64,000 nucleotides of DNA, taken from contig NC_090399.1 in the NCBI RefSeq assembly GCF_036365525.1, positions 31,466,430 through 31,530,429 on the forward strand. Direction: 5' to 3'. The stretch is from Heterodontus francisci (lineage: Eukaryota). The position numbers and the translations under genes were made by a program. The notes below the pieces were generated by a model. It was not told where the DNA came from. It saw nothing but the letters and a program-made list of their open reading frames with translations, and searched no databases. Below, one piece after another: positions 1 to 12,700 of this stretch (within the stretch, counting starts at the first letter, position 1; each line of letters opens with the position of its first letter).

Positions 1-189
1 TGGAGTTAAGCTGTGTAGAAACTGTGGAGGGTATAGACTGTTATAATCTTCTTTGTCTTTAGAATCAATTCTTTTAATTCAACTGACAGTTTTTGATTCA
101 AATCTAGTTAATCTTCATTTTTAGCGCAAAGAATAGCTTTTGAATGTTAAGCTGTATCAAATAAGTGTCCCCACCATTTTACCACACTT

Positions 190-500
190 AAGCAATTATA
201 TCATCACATCTACCCCCAAGCCATCCCCTCCCTCCCATGCCATCCCCAACCCATGCCATTCCGTCCTTACCATGCCATCCCTCTCATGCCACCCCATCCC
301 ATTCCTTCCATCCCTCTCATACCATCCCTATCCCGCTCTTTCCACCCCCATCCCTCCCATTAATGTCATCCTATCCCTCACAGACACAAGCTCTCCAGCC
401 AGGGTATCATTGTTGATGTGCTCCCTTTACCATGCACTGTTTTTGTTCTCCACCAACGACCCCACCCCCAACCCGCCACTGCCAATGACAGCCACATGAT
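190..500. repeat. Low-complexity CCCAT/CCATCC-rich tract
   Basis: Repeated ccatccc motifs; these explain the Pro/His-rich ORF 140..499. Confidence 0.6.
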
Positions 501-598
501 CATCTGTGCTCCAGTCCTCCCGGTGCCCTATGTGCCTCACATCCCACCAAATAAACTGACCAACAGACGTGCCTCCTAAACTGACCAATGAAAACAGT

Positions 599-764
599 CT
601 AGACAGCCCAAGCGCTGAGTATTATTACTATAGATGTGGCTCTGATTAGGGTCAACTTCTGCCTTGGGACTACGTTGAGGTACATTGGACTTCTCGGAAC
701 ACCCAGTAATGTGTAAGTGCATGAGAAGGTTGATAAACCGTTTTTGCATGTGTCAGTAGAATAC
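599..764 (-). CDS. NCR3-like: Terminal exon YSTDTCKNGLSTFSCTYTLLGVPRSPMYLNVVPRQKLTLIRATSIVIILSAWAV*
   Basis: The phase-2 acceptor tcaaacag|G leads into ORF 599..820, which has two Tyr motifs. The polypyrimidine tract is weak. A possible ATTAAA poly(A) signal lies at 78-73. Confidence 0.6.
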
Positions 765-3700
765 CTGTTTGATCCACGGTTGAATGCAGAGCATAAAGCC
801 AAGTGATGTGAGATAACCACCAGGGCTTAATCTCAAATTGTTGCAATAGATTGGCATCGTGGTGCCAAGCTGTGTTTCGTTATGTTCAGTATATCCATTC
901 GACCCCCAATAACGCTTAATGTCACGAAATAGCGAATTCTGTCACTCTAACCTAAGTCTAAAGGTCAATTGCTAGTGCAACATGAAAGCCCATATACGTC
1001 TTTGTCACTGACCTCAATGCCACCCGTAACAACAGGATAAATCAGTTCTGCTGACTGCACATGGTACTCCACAGGCACTGGTGAGAGACTAATAGCTGCA
1101 AACTAACTGTAATTATAGTGCTTGGTGAATTGGAACGTACCTTTCCATAGGAGTGTCGATCGATTGCTCTTCTTGGTTTACATCCTTTGGAACACAAGTT
1201 AAGCTCAGTCAGTGATTACTTGCATAAACGTTTTATATAGCTAAACAAAATGGAACATAATTCCTTACCATGCATAGAGGATCCGATTCAAGTAGATTCC
1301 CATCTTGATTCTGCCACAAAATAAAATATTTATCTACTGAAATATATATTTATATAGAACAAGAAATCCTAATTTATTACAGGAAGGATTCCTCTACGAG
1401 CTACCACTAGAGAAATCATAACTGTCTAATCTTAGAGTTAAAAACATTTTTTTTCAATTAGCATTGTAGCGAACAACTGGAAACTTTCTTCTGGCTATTA
1501 AGAGATAACAGCACAGAAAATAAAACTGGATAGATGAATGTTTCAAGCACACCCTCCCCGCCCGCCCACCTCCCCCCCCCCCACCCCCCACCCCCCCCCC
1601 CCCCCCACCCCACACCACCTAGAATAATTTGACTTACATTATACATCAATGGAAATCTTCTCGCTATCTTTAACATGTCACGAGCACAGAGGGAATAAAG
1701 GAAATATTCCCACTATGTTTAACATATCACTAACACATAGGAGCAAACAAATCCCCTTGGACTCAATCTTTACCATATCACCGAAACATTGGGACCAAAG
1801 GAATGTTCCCATTATGTTTACCTCACATTGAGACCAGAGGAAACTGTCTTACTATTTTTCTGCTTATGCTGTTGTCAACATACAGCAATACAATTAAATC
1901 TTGCTTCATTGTAGTCACGCCCATGCAGATATACATTGCCACATTCAAATAAAATTTCTGCATATAACTGGAAATACCAGAAATATTTTGGATACAAGCC
2001 TTGGATCTTAGGGCTTAATCAATATACATCAGTGGAATTCAGGCTCTCAAGGTGTTCCTCAACACAGATTAAACACTCACACAGGAAGGACTGGTAATGC
2101 TTGGTTGATCTTGGATTGTGCTGAGCATCCTTGGAATTGTACTCAAGCAAGACTAAGCCTTACCCTCCCCATTTTCTGCCACTGGGGATGTGTTATGACC
2201 TTCCATTGGAAAGAAATGGAAATATTGTGGTTGATTTATGAAAAATTAAACGTGAAGGACAGGCATGTTCCCTATGCCTACTTGATATCAGTTGAGTAGG
2301 TACAAATATAATGGCTTAGATGTTGCAGGTGAAGGAATAGGGTTCACTGGTCACCTCGCTGATCGCTGCCCATAAAGCTTTTGTGGACTTTAGAGCACAG
2401 ACTTGTTCGAATACGCCATCTGATACATTGAGGCGCCATCTATAGGGGGGTTTAAGGCATCTGTGAGCAAGGCAGGGAACAGTGAAGCTCGTCAACCAGT
2501 AAGATTGAAGAAAACTTACTGAAAGATGCAGGGGTGGAAGTTCATCTTGAGCGGTGGCACAGAATGGGTGGTATCAGATTGGCTGCCAATTATAACAGCT
2601 CATGATATTTAATCCCATTGACTGCAATGGAACCAAATATCAGGTACTGTGTATAACCAGTGGTCAATCTTCTATCACCTGATTTACACCACATGAGATG
2701 AATTTCTACCCCAGAGTCTAAACCAGGATGTATAAAGCAAGGAGTGTAAATTCGTTTTAAATCATACACAGAAAGCAAAATACAGATTCTAAAATACAGA
2801 TGGGATAAACAGAGAGAGATAGAAAAAAGCCATGGAGAAAAAGTTAATATATATTATCTGAAGAGCAAATATTTGCAGAGCTACAGGTAAAAGGCTGGGG
2901 AGTGGGACTGGCATAAACACATGGGCTGAATGGCCACCTTCTGTACTGTAACCATTCTATGATTCCACGAATATTTTTATTTAAATCTGCTACACTACAT
3001 ATTTTTCAAGGGAATGAGACTTCACACTTGTAAAATTAATTTTTCAGGGTCAAAGAGGTTGTTTGGCTGTAATTATCACACAGTTAAAAAGTCATTTCCT
3101 TCTGAATGAAACAGTTCTAATTATTTTCCACCATTCTTAGTGGGGAACTAGTAGGCGATTACACCAAGTTCAAGCCATTGCATTGCAATCAGTGCCAAGA
3201 CTATTGGCAAGGACTGCAACAGCGCACCCTGTGGAGGAGTAGGCTATTTCTGACAGCAACATCCCAATTTCCACATTTAACTGCGCATGTGCAGACACCA
3301 ACATTTGCTGTCAGATTTACCCCATTATAACAGAGTGCTGTTAGCCTCACAGTTATTCTTATTGCAAAATTTGGCTTATTATACATTCCTGCTAGATAAT
3401 TCATATATGATATTCATTTCCAGTAGCAGGCCAGTTATTTCTATGACCTACTATATCATTTAAGAAATGTACAGTTGGGAATATGTAGTCCAAACTGTAC
3501 TCTGGGAATGTAAGTTTCAAGTGATGTGATTTGCCTTCTTGTTGGGTTACTTACCAGATCTTGCATTCCTGCCAATTGAGACGAGTTTAAACTAGCTGCA
3601 AAATAAATCATGGGAATATAAATACAAAATATACTGGCAGGTCTCCCCGGCATTGCTCATGGCGAATAAGCGGGTGCACTGTTTTATAATAATGATAATC

Positions 3701-6700
3701 TGTGATCAAAAAAGACAGGTAAAATATTACGAGTATAGGTGTTGTTTACAGGAAGTGTATGTTATGTGTAAGATATTTACTATATTGCAAATATATCCAG
3801 GAAACATATAGCCATTCCAGCTTTGCTTAGTTGACAAAACTAAATGGTGAAAGTTGTGGATTCAAGCAACACTCCAGAACCTGAGTGCATAAACTCTCCC
3901 AGGCATTTCCGTCCAGTACTGAGGGAGTGCTGCACTGTCAAAGGTTCCTCATTCAGTGAGGTGTTAAAGAGAAATCACATCTGCCCGTTCCAGTAGACAA
4001 TAGGTCCCATTGCATCATTCAAAGAAGAGTAGGATGTTCTCCCAGTGTGCTGGTCAATATTCCTCCTATAAGCAACCCAACCAAGAAGCAGTTTAATGGT
4101 TATTACTCTCAGTTTGTGGCACTTTGCAGTGGGCAAATTGTCTGTCACTTAATCCATTGGTTGTCGAGTGCTCTGCGAGTCCCCAGTAATTATGTGTGGC
4201 AAATCAACTGACTGCATTTTAAAAGAAACAAACGCCATAATACATTTCAACAAAGTCAATTGAAACAATTATATTTTTAACCTAACCCACCCATCAGAAA
4301 TCTGATGAGATTGGGTGGAACATTGGTTTTACACCCGACGCAATATTACACTTCGTTGAAATCGGGAGAGTAATATTGAGTGTGGGGTGGCGGGTAGGGG
4401 GGAAAGGGGTGAAAGGGACATTGCGCCCGATCCTGTGGGATCCCTGCACCTCCAATGTCTCTTAGAACATCAGACAACGGAATGTCTCAGGTATTCATAC
4501 ACAAATATCACAAATAGATCAGAATCATTGAATAGAACAGTGCAGCACAGAAGGAAGCCATGCTGCCTGATGAGTCTGTGTGGGCCCTTTCACAAAGCAT
4601 CCAGTTAGTCCTCACTTCCTCACTCTTTCCCCATATCCTGGCAATTTTCCCCATTCTTCAAGAATGTATCCATTTCCCTGGAATTGTAAATTTGCTTTCT
4701 CTACACAACTTTGAGCTTTGCCCCTCTGCATTACTACATACAGACCCTTTGGATTAGAGACCTATTGAGGGATGAAATTGTAATTATCTATAGTGATGTT
4801 ATTTTTGTTAAATGGGACAGAAAAAAAGCAGTGAATATATGAATAGGAAGGGAATAGAGGGATATGGGCCCCGGAAGTGCAGAAGGTGTTAGTTTAGGCA
4901 GGCATCAAGATCGGCGCAGGCTTGGAGGGCCGAATGGCCTGTTCCTGTGCTGTACTGTTCTTTGTTCTTTGTTCAGTGGTGCCTTATGATAAATCAGATC
5001 CCAGAGACTGAGGATATGGATTCTTGTACAAATGTAACAAACTTTTCTAAAGAGATGAATATGAACACTTTTTAAGAATACAAAATATTTTCATGCTGGC
5101 AATTTGTGATCTTGATAAGTTTTGTTTAAAACAAAGCCATTAAATGATCTATGACAACTGTAAGGGTACATTTTGAAAAGCCTGATTTTAGGCATTTCCC
5201 TGAACCATAACCTGGGTATCAAATTGTTAGCTTTTAATCTAGTTTTAAAGCTTTGGATAGTAATTGCTTCTGTTCTAATATCCCCATGGAAGCTTATAGT
5301 GTTTGTCCATGGATTAAAAAACAACTTTTCTTACCCGCCGTGGAAGTGTTTTCTGGAATATCTGTTTCTTCTCTGCAAAGCAAGTAGATGATACAAGTCA
5401 ACTGCATGTTCTCATACCACAACAATTATGACTTATATTTATATAGCAACTTTAACATAATGAAACATTGCAAGTCACTTCACGGGAGCATTATAAAACA
5501 AAATACGGCACTGAGTCACATAAGGCTATATTAGGTCAGATGACCAAAAGCTGAGACAAAGAGTTAGGTTTAAAGGAGTGTCTGAAAGGAAGAAAATGAG
5601 GTAGAGAGGCGGAGAAATGTAGCGAGAGTATTCCACAGTTTTGTAGCATAGAAACATAGAAAAGCTTAAGGCATAGAAGTAGGCTGTTCTGCCCATCATG
5701 TCTGTGCGAGTCAAAAAAGAGTTATCCAGCCTAATCCTTCCAGATCACGTTCTGTAGCTCTGCAAATTACAGAATTTCAAGAATTTTTTTTTTTAATGCG
5801 ATGAGGTTTTCTGCCTCTACTGCCCTTTCTGGCAATGTGTTCCAGACCCCCAGCACCCTCTAAATGAAAACATTACTGCTCAACTCTCCTTTAATCCTTT
5901 GACCAATTGCTCTGTGTATTTCGTATATGAATGTATATTTATAACTTACTCACCTTTGCACCTGTTGAACATCTAATGAAAAGGGATATACAAAAGAAAA
6001 GTGGATTAGAAAATACATTTCTTATTACTTCACTCTTATTTCTTATCACCACCAGTTCTGCACATGGAGCAACACTGACTTCAAAATAATTAATTGTGGG
6101 AAGTGATTCTATATGTATGAGAGACATGATAAAGCCACTGTATGAATTTAAATTGTTTCATTTTTAAGGAATTTTACCTTAAAATGCATCTCTAGAATAA
6201 AATAGGCTGAGGGCTGGCCTAAGAAAAGTCATTAAAGTTCTGAAAAGGTTTGATGGGGTAGACTTAAAGATGGTGTTCCTTCTTGTGGGGAGAGTTCAAA
6301 ACTTGTGGTCATAAATATAAGATAGTCACTAATAAATGCAGTAAAGAATTAAGGAGGACCTCTAGCGGGACATATTGAGAGATTTGTTAGCAAAGCTTAT
6401 GGGATCTTAGGCTTCATAAATAGAGGTATTGAGTACAAAAGCTGGGAAGTTATGCTGAACCTTTATAAAGCTCTGGTTAGGCCCCAACTATGGTATTGTG
6501 TCCATTTCTGGTCACCACACTTTAGGATGGAAATGAGAGGGTGCAGAGCAGATTTACAAGAATGGTTCCCAGGGATGGACAATTTTAGTTCTAAGGTGAG
6601 ATTGGAAAAGCTGGTATTGTTCTCCCTGAAGCAAAGAAGCTTGAGGGGGGTAAAAACAGAAATTGCTAGAAATACTCAACAGGTCATGCAGTGGTGTGAT

Positions 6701-9700
6701 ACAAGTGAGTGGCAGTTAAGAGTCAACCACGTTGCTATATGTCTGGACTCAAATGTAGGCCAGACCAGGTAAGGACGGCAGATTTCCTCCCCTGAAAGAC
6801 ATTAGCTGGAGTGGTGAGATTTGAACTCATGTCTCTGGAATATTAATCCAGGCCTCTGGATTGCTAGCCTTGTAATATTACCACTATGCTGCCATCCCCT
6901 CTCATAATGTCCCCCATTTTGCATTAACACCCATCATAAATTCCTACCCCACTTCACAAAAATAACATCCCATTTATTTTTATTCTTCTACAGGTGCTGG
7001 AAGGTGGGATTAGAATGGTGGCTATTTTTTTCAGCCAGCACAGACATGATGGGCTGAATGGCCTGTTTCTGTGCCGTAACTTTTCTATGGTTCTAACATT
7101 GCGTTACTTTGATTCCAAAGGTCACAATACTGGATCTCAGGATTCACATCCATGATTTTTTGATTTGTTCATATAGGTAACCTTTCTAATCCATCCTTAA
7201 TTTCCATGAAAAGGTGTTGGTGGGTTTCTTCTTGAAGCAGCTTCTCTTATAACTAAGTATCTCGTACTTGAGAGAGCATCATGAGTCAAATGAAGTTACT
7301 TGCAGGTCCAAGTATGATGATATATTCCCTGCTGAGATTTTCCAAAGTTCTGTAACTTTCATAGCCATCCCCCCATTGTCAAATTATCGTATTCATTAGA
7401 TTTAACTTCACAGCTAACTAGAGTATGGTTTTAACTGACGACCACTGTGTTGTTCGCCCTGTACCATCGCTACTACATCACTGTACCCATCTGCCAATGT
7501 ACTCCTAGGACTGCCAATTGAATACCTCAGTGTTACGACCAGGTAAGAAAGGGGTCTAGGGATCCCTCTCAGCCTTCACCTGGTCTTACCATAACAGGGT
7601 TTAATTATCTTTATTTTAGCTTTTGTCATAAACCTTCTGAAGAAGGGTCACTGACCCGAAACTTTAACTCTGCTTCTCTTTCCACAGATGCTGCCAGACC
7701 TGCTGAGTGGTTCCAGCATTTCTTGTTTTTATTTCAGATTTCCAGCATCCGCAGTATTTTGCTTTTAGGTTAGTCATGTGACTAGCTGGTCTGACCACGT
7801 CTTGGCTCTATGGATTGTATCATCATAGCAGGATTTGGAAAACACTTCCCTGCCTTCAAAGTCTGGTGCTCAAAGTCCATTGTGGGTCAAATAGATAAGG
7901 CAAGTAATGTCACTTGTTCCTATTGGTATATAAATGTCGTCCAGCCAAGTGTCTGGCAGCCCTTATAACAGGCCTTCTCTTCTTCCCAGCAACAATTTGA
8001 AATTTAATGTCCATATGGAAACATTAATATGCCTCATTCTTGGCAGGTGGGGGTCTAGCATGACACTCGGGCTTAATTATTCAGATGTAAATCTTCCCAC
8101 CAGAATATTTCAAAACCTTAGCACTTGTCAAACAGCAAAGAATTTGCATCCTCACCTTTCTTTCTGCGTAACTGCACATAGCGGAGTGCAACGATTAGAA
8201 ATATGCCGATTTCCCCTGCTGCACTGATGAACAGGATTAACAGTACAGTCGTGATAGATTTTGTTTTCTCTATGGAGAAGAGAGCAAGTCAGATATAAGC
8301 ATAGGGACATAGGAACAGAAGGGGGCCATTCAACCCCTCCAGTCTGTTCCATCATTCAATTAGATCATTCTTGATCTCAATCTTAATTCAGCTACCATCT
8401 TCGATTTATATCCCTTACTACCATTGCCTAAAGAAATCCATCAATCTCAATTTTCCTGCCCTCGATAGCTTTCTGGGGAGAGCTCCAGATTTCCACCACC
8501 CTATGTGTGAAGAACTATCTTCTGAATTCACTGTTGAATAGCCTAGCTCTAATTTTAAGGTTATGCCCGCCCCCCCCCCCCCCCCACCCCCCCCCCCCCC
8601 CCCCACCCCGCTCTTGTTCTTGACTGTCCCATCAGAAGGAATAATTTATCTCCATGTAAATACCAAATCCTTTACTCATCTTGAACACCACATCCCGAGC
8701 ATTATTCTGGTATGTATTGAACCTCCAAGGTTAGCATATCCTTCCTGTGATGCCAAGAACTGAATGCAATAGTCCAGATGCAGTCCAAACAGATCTTGAA
8801 GTGACTGTACAATAACTTTCCCACTTTTGTAATCCAGCCTATCGATGGGATAAAAACTAACATTCCATTTGCTCTTATGTTTAGGTTTTGTACTTGTCCT
8901 CTAGCTGTTAGAATAATCAGCTCAGATGACTTCCAAAGTGACTACCAGACTCTTTTGTAAGTTCCAGGAGCACGATTTTCTTTTGATAAGCTCTTACTAA
9001 CTGAAACAGCAGGCACTCGGGATGGTGGTGGAATGGTGATGGAAGCACTTATGGTAAAAGCTACACAGCTATTTTAACATTGCAACTATCCCACTTACAA
9101 CAGGCAGAACAAATTAAAATCCACTCCACCCAGTCCCAGAGGGGCAAAGGGCAGTGTCTGACCCACTGCAACACCCAGCCCCAGAAGGGGAAAGGACAGT
9201 GTCTGACCTATTGCCCCACCCAGTCCCAGAGTGGGAAAGGACCGTGTCTGACCCATTGCCCCACCCAGTCCCAGAGTGGGAAAGGACAGTGTCTGACCCA
9301 TTGTCCCACCCAGTCCCAGAGTGGGAAAGGACAGTGTCTGACCCATTGTCCCACCCAGTCCTAAAGTATATGGATAATTGCAATTTCAGTTTGATGATAT
9401 TGCAGACAAGAGAATGACTGACCTATCACAGTGAGATATGTTCCTGTTCCATATTTCTTGTCGAGTCCTCTCATTTTCACGCTGCAGTAATACATCCCGA
9501 AATCGTTCACCCTCACCTCCTTTATTCCAATGGAAGCGTTGAAAAAATCCTCTTTTTTGGGCCAAAAGATCCGTCCTCTGTACTCTGCTTCTCTATTAGA
9601 AACTTCTGTTCCATTTCTGGCATTCTTGTACCAGTTATAACTCTCCTTCCCAAGAGACACATAGGCTGTGTGGGTGCAGGGGATGAGCACTGACTCCCCT

Positions 9701-12700
9701 TCCACCGCCTGAATACTCGGCAACTTCTGAATAACTCTGAAGTCGGCGCTAATTCCTAGAAACCAAATAAATTTAAAATTGTTACATTATGATTGGGAGT
9801 TGGAGCTTCCTTGGACAGCCGTGCAGGAGCGGATATGTAGGGCCGATTTTCAAAGTCGACTTGCTTGTGCCAGCACATCCCCTTTTTATATATGTAACCA
9901 ACCAACAAGTTTGCTTTCCAACGTATAATGTTTTTAATATAGACGTTCCTCCGCTATTTACACACAATTTGAATAAAAAGGTGGAAGGGAGTTTCTCAAA
10001 ATGGAGACGTGTGACCAGTGGTGTTCCACAGGGATCCGTGCTGGGACCACTGTTTGTGATATACATAAATGATTTGGAGGAAAGTATAGGTGGTCTGATT
10101 AGCAAGTTTGCAGACGACACTAAGATTGGTGGAGCAGCAGATAGTGAAGGGGACTGTCAGAGAATACAGCAGAATATAGATAGATTGGAGAGTTGGGCAG
10201 AGAAATGGCAGATGGAGTTCAATCCGGGCAAATGCGAGGTGATGCATTTTGGAAGATCCAATTCAACAGTGAACTATACAATAAATGGAAAAGTCCTGGG
10301 GAAAATTGATGTACAGAGAGATTTGGGTGTTCAGGTCCATTGTTCCCTGAAGGTGGCAACGCAGGTCAATAGAAGGCATACGGCATGCTTTCCTTCATCG
10401 GACGGGGTATTGAGTACAAGAGTTGGCAGGCCATGTTACAGTTGTATAAGACTTTGGTTCGGCCACATTTGGAATACTGCGTGCAGTTCTGGTCGCCACA
10501 TTACCAAAAGGATGTGGATGCTTTGGAGAGGGTGCAGAGGAGGTTCACCAGGATGTTGCCTGGTGTGGAGGGCGCTAGCTATGAAGAGAGGTTGAGTAGA
10601 TTAGGATTATTTTCATTAGAAAGACGGAGGTTGAGGGGGGACCTGATTGAGGTGTACAAAATCATGAGAGGTATAGACAGGTTGGATAGCAAGAAGCTTT
10701 TTCCCAGAGTGGGGGATTCAATTACTAGGGGTCACGAGTTCAAAGTGAGAGGGGAAAAGTTTAGGGGGGATATGCGTGGAAAGTTCTTTCCGCAGAGGGT
10801 GGTGGGTGCCTGGAACACGTTGCCAGCGGAGGTGGTAGACGCGGGCATGATAGCGACTTTTAAGATGCATCTAGACAGATACATGAATGGGCAGGAAGCA
10901 AAGAGATACAGACCCTTAGAAAATAGGCGACAGGTTTTGATAAAGGATCTGGATCGGCGCAGGCCTGGAGGGCCGAAGGGCCTGTTCCTGTGCTGTAATT
11001 TTCTTTGTTCTTTGTATTACATACATTGCCCCATATTCAATTCCACTCACTTCGGGAGCACCGAATATCACAGGTGTGGCATAAAAGGCAGTAAAAGTCA
11101 TCGCGCCTGTTTTGCGTCCCCATCTGTGTCTAATTTCACCCCCAGTCTGTAACTGCTTATGTATAATGGTTAAATAGTCTCCTCTCTGTAGCTAAGGCTG
11201 ATTCTTTCTTGGGAGTCCACCGCAGCGCAGCCATTGTGACAGATGCGCCAATTGAAGATAGGGCCCCACATTGTTCAGCTGATTCTCCCCCACCCCCATT
11301 GCTCATTTGATATTGCAGACAGCAAAATGACTGACCTCTGACGGTGAGATTTGTTCCTGTTCCATATTCCTCGCCCAGTTGCAGTATTGTCACTTTGCAG
11401 TAATACACCCCGGAATCGTTCACTCTCACGTCCTTTATTTGTATGGACGATTCTCCAGTATGAAAGAAATCCTCTTTGTCTCCGTAGATCCGTCCTGTGT
11501 ACTCTGCTGTCCCATTGGAAACTTCGATGCCATTCCTGTACCAGCTATAATACCCTATTACATTGGAGGCGTTGGCTGTGTATGTACAGTGGAGGAAGAC
11601 TGTCTGTCCTTCCACTGCCAGAATCCTGGGCTCCTTTTGAATAACTGTGAACTTCTCAGCGTTACTTCCTGGAAATCAGAAAAAAAAGTCTCTGCTATCT
11701 GATTGGAAGTTGGAACTTTGAGAGACAATCGTGCAGGTTGATGCAGAGGGATGGGAACAGGCACGGTGGAGTGTAAATACCGGGATGGAACGGTTGGGCC
11801 GAATGGCCTTTTTTGTGCCGGACATTCTATGTAATTATGCAGTAAGGCAAAAGCTGATTGACGTGTGTCCATCACTGGATAATGACAGCAACTTATATTT
11901 ATCTAATGTCTTTAATAATAACGAAATGTCCTGAGGCACATCACAGGAGGATTAAAAAACATTTGACAGCAAGCCACATATAATCGGAACAGGAGTAGGC
12001 CATTCAGCCCATTGAGCCGACAGGAGAATGACTGACCTCTCACAGTGAGACTTGTTCCTGCTCCATATTTCTCGCCCAGTTGCATCAATTGCACTTGGCA
12101 GTAATACACACCCGAATCGTTCACTCTCACGTCCTTCATTAGTATGGACGCATCTCCAGTATGAAAAAAATCCTCGCTGTGTCTGTAGATCCGTCCTCTG
12201 TACTCTGCTGTCTCATTGGAAACTTTTATGCCATTTCTGCCATCTTTGTACCAGCTATAAGATCCGATCATGGAGACGCTGGCTGTGCAGGTGCAGGGGA
12301 GGAAAACTGTTTGTCCTGCCTCTGCCAGAGTCCTGGACAACTTTTGAATAACTGTGAACCTCTCAGCCTTACATCCTGGAAATCAGAAAAAGAAGATTGG
12401 ACGTTGGAACTTTGAGAAAATGATTAAGGCAAACAGCCAAAAGCTTGGTCAAAGAGGTTGGTTTAAGGAATGTCTTAAAGGAAGAAAATGAGGTGGAGAT
12501 GTTTAGGGAGGAAATTCCAGAGCTTAGGGCCTTGGCCATGGAAGACACGGCCACCAATGGTGGAGCCATTAAAGTCGGGGATGCTCAAGAGACCGGAAAT
12601 AGAGGAGCACAGATATGTCAGAGGATTGTGGGACTGCGGGAGATGACAGTAAGGAAGGTGTGAGGCCATGACGGCATTGAAAACCACGATAAGATTTTTT

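Noticed and set aside
5939-6127. ORF with a hydrophobic patch (PLFFCISLFI) as the TM exon
   Set aside because: The patch is the translated polypyrimidine tract of the 19-nt micro-exon. It is too short and in the wrong phase, and a much better TM exon exists at 8156-8269.
9095-9417. Repetitive ORFs over the 45-bp repeat as a coding stalk or hinge exon
   Set aside because: It would need a 62-nt intron, and the next donor (gtaagt at about 9098) gives phase 2, incompatible with the phase-1 TM exon. The frames are open only because the unit is 15 codons.
9427-12047. CACAGTG heptamers in V3 (9427-33) and V1 (12041-47) suggesting RAG recombination signals
   Set aside because: They are the reverse complement of the L-T-V codons of the J-like strand, and no nonamer lies at 12 or 23 bp. 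V and J are already joined in one exon, so this is not a rearranging Ig/TCR locus.
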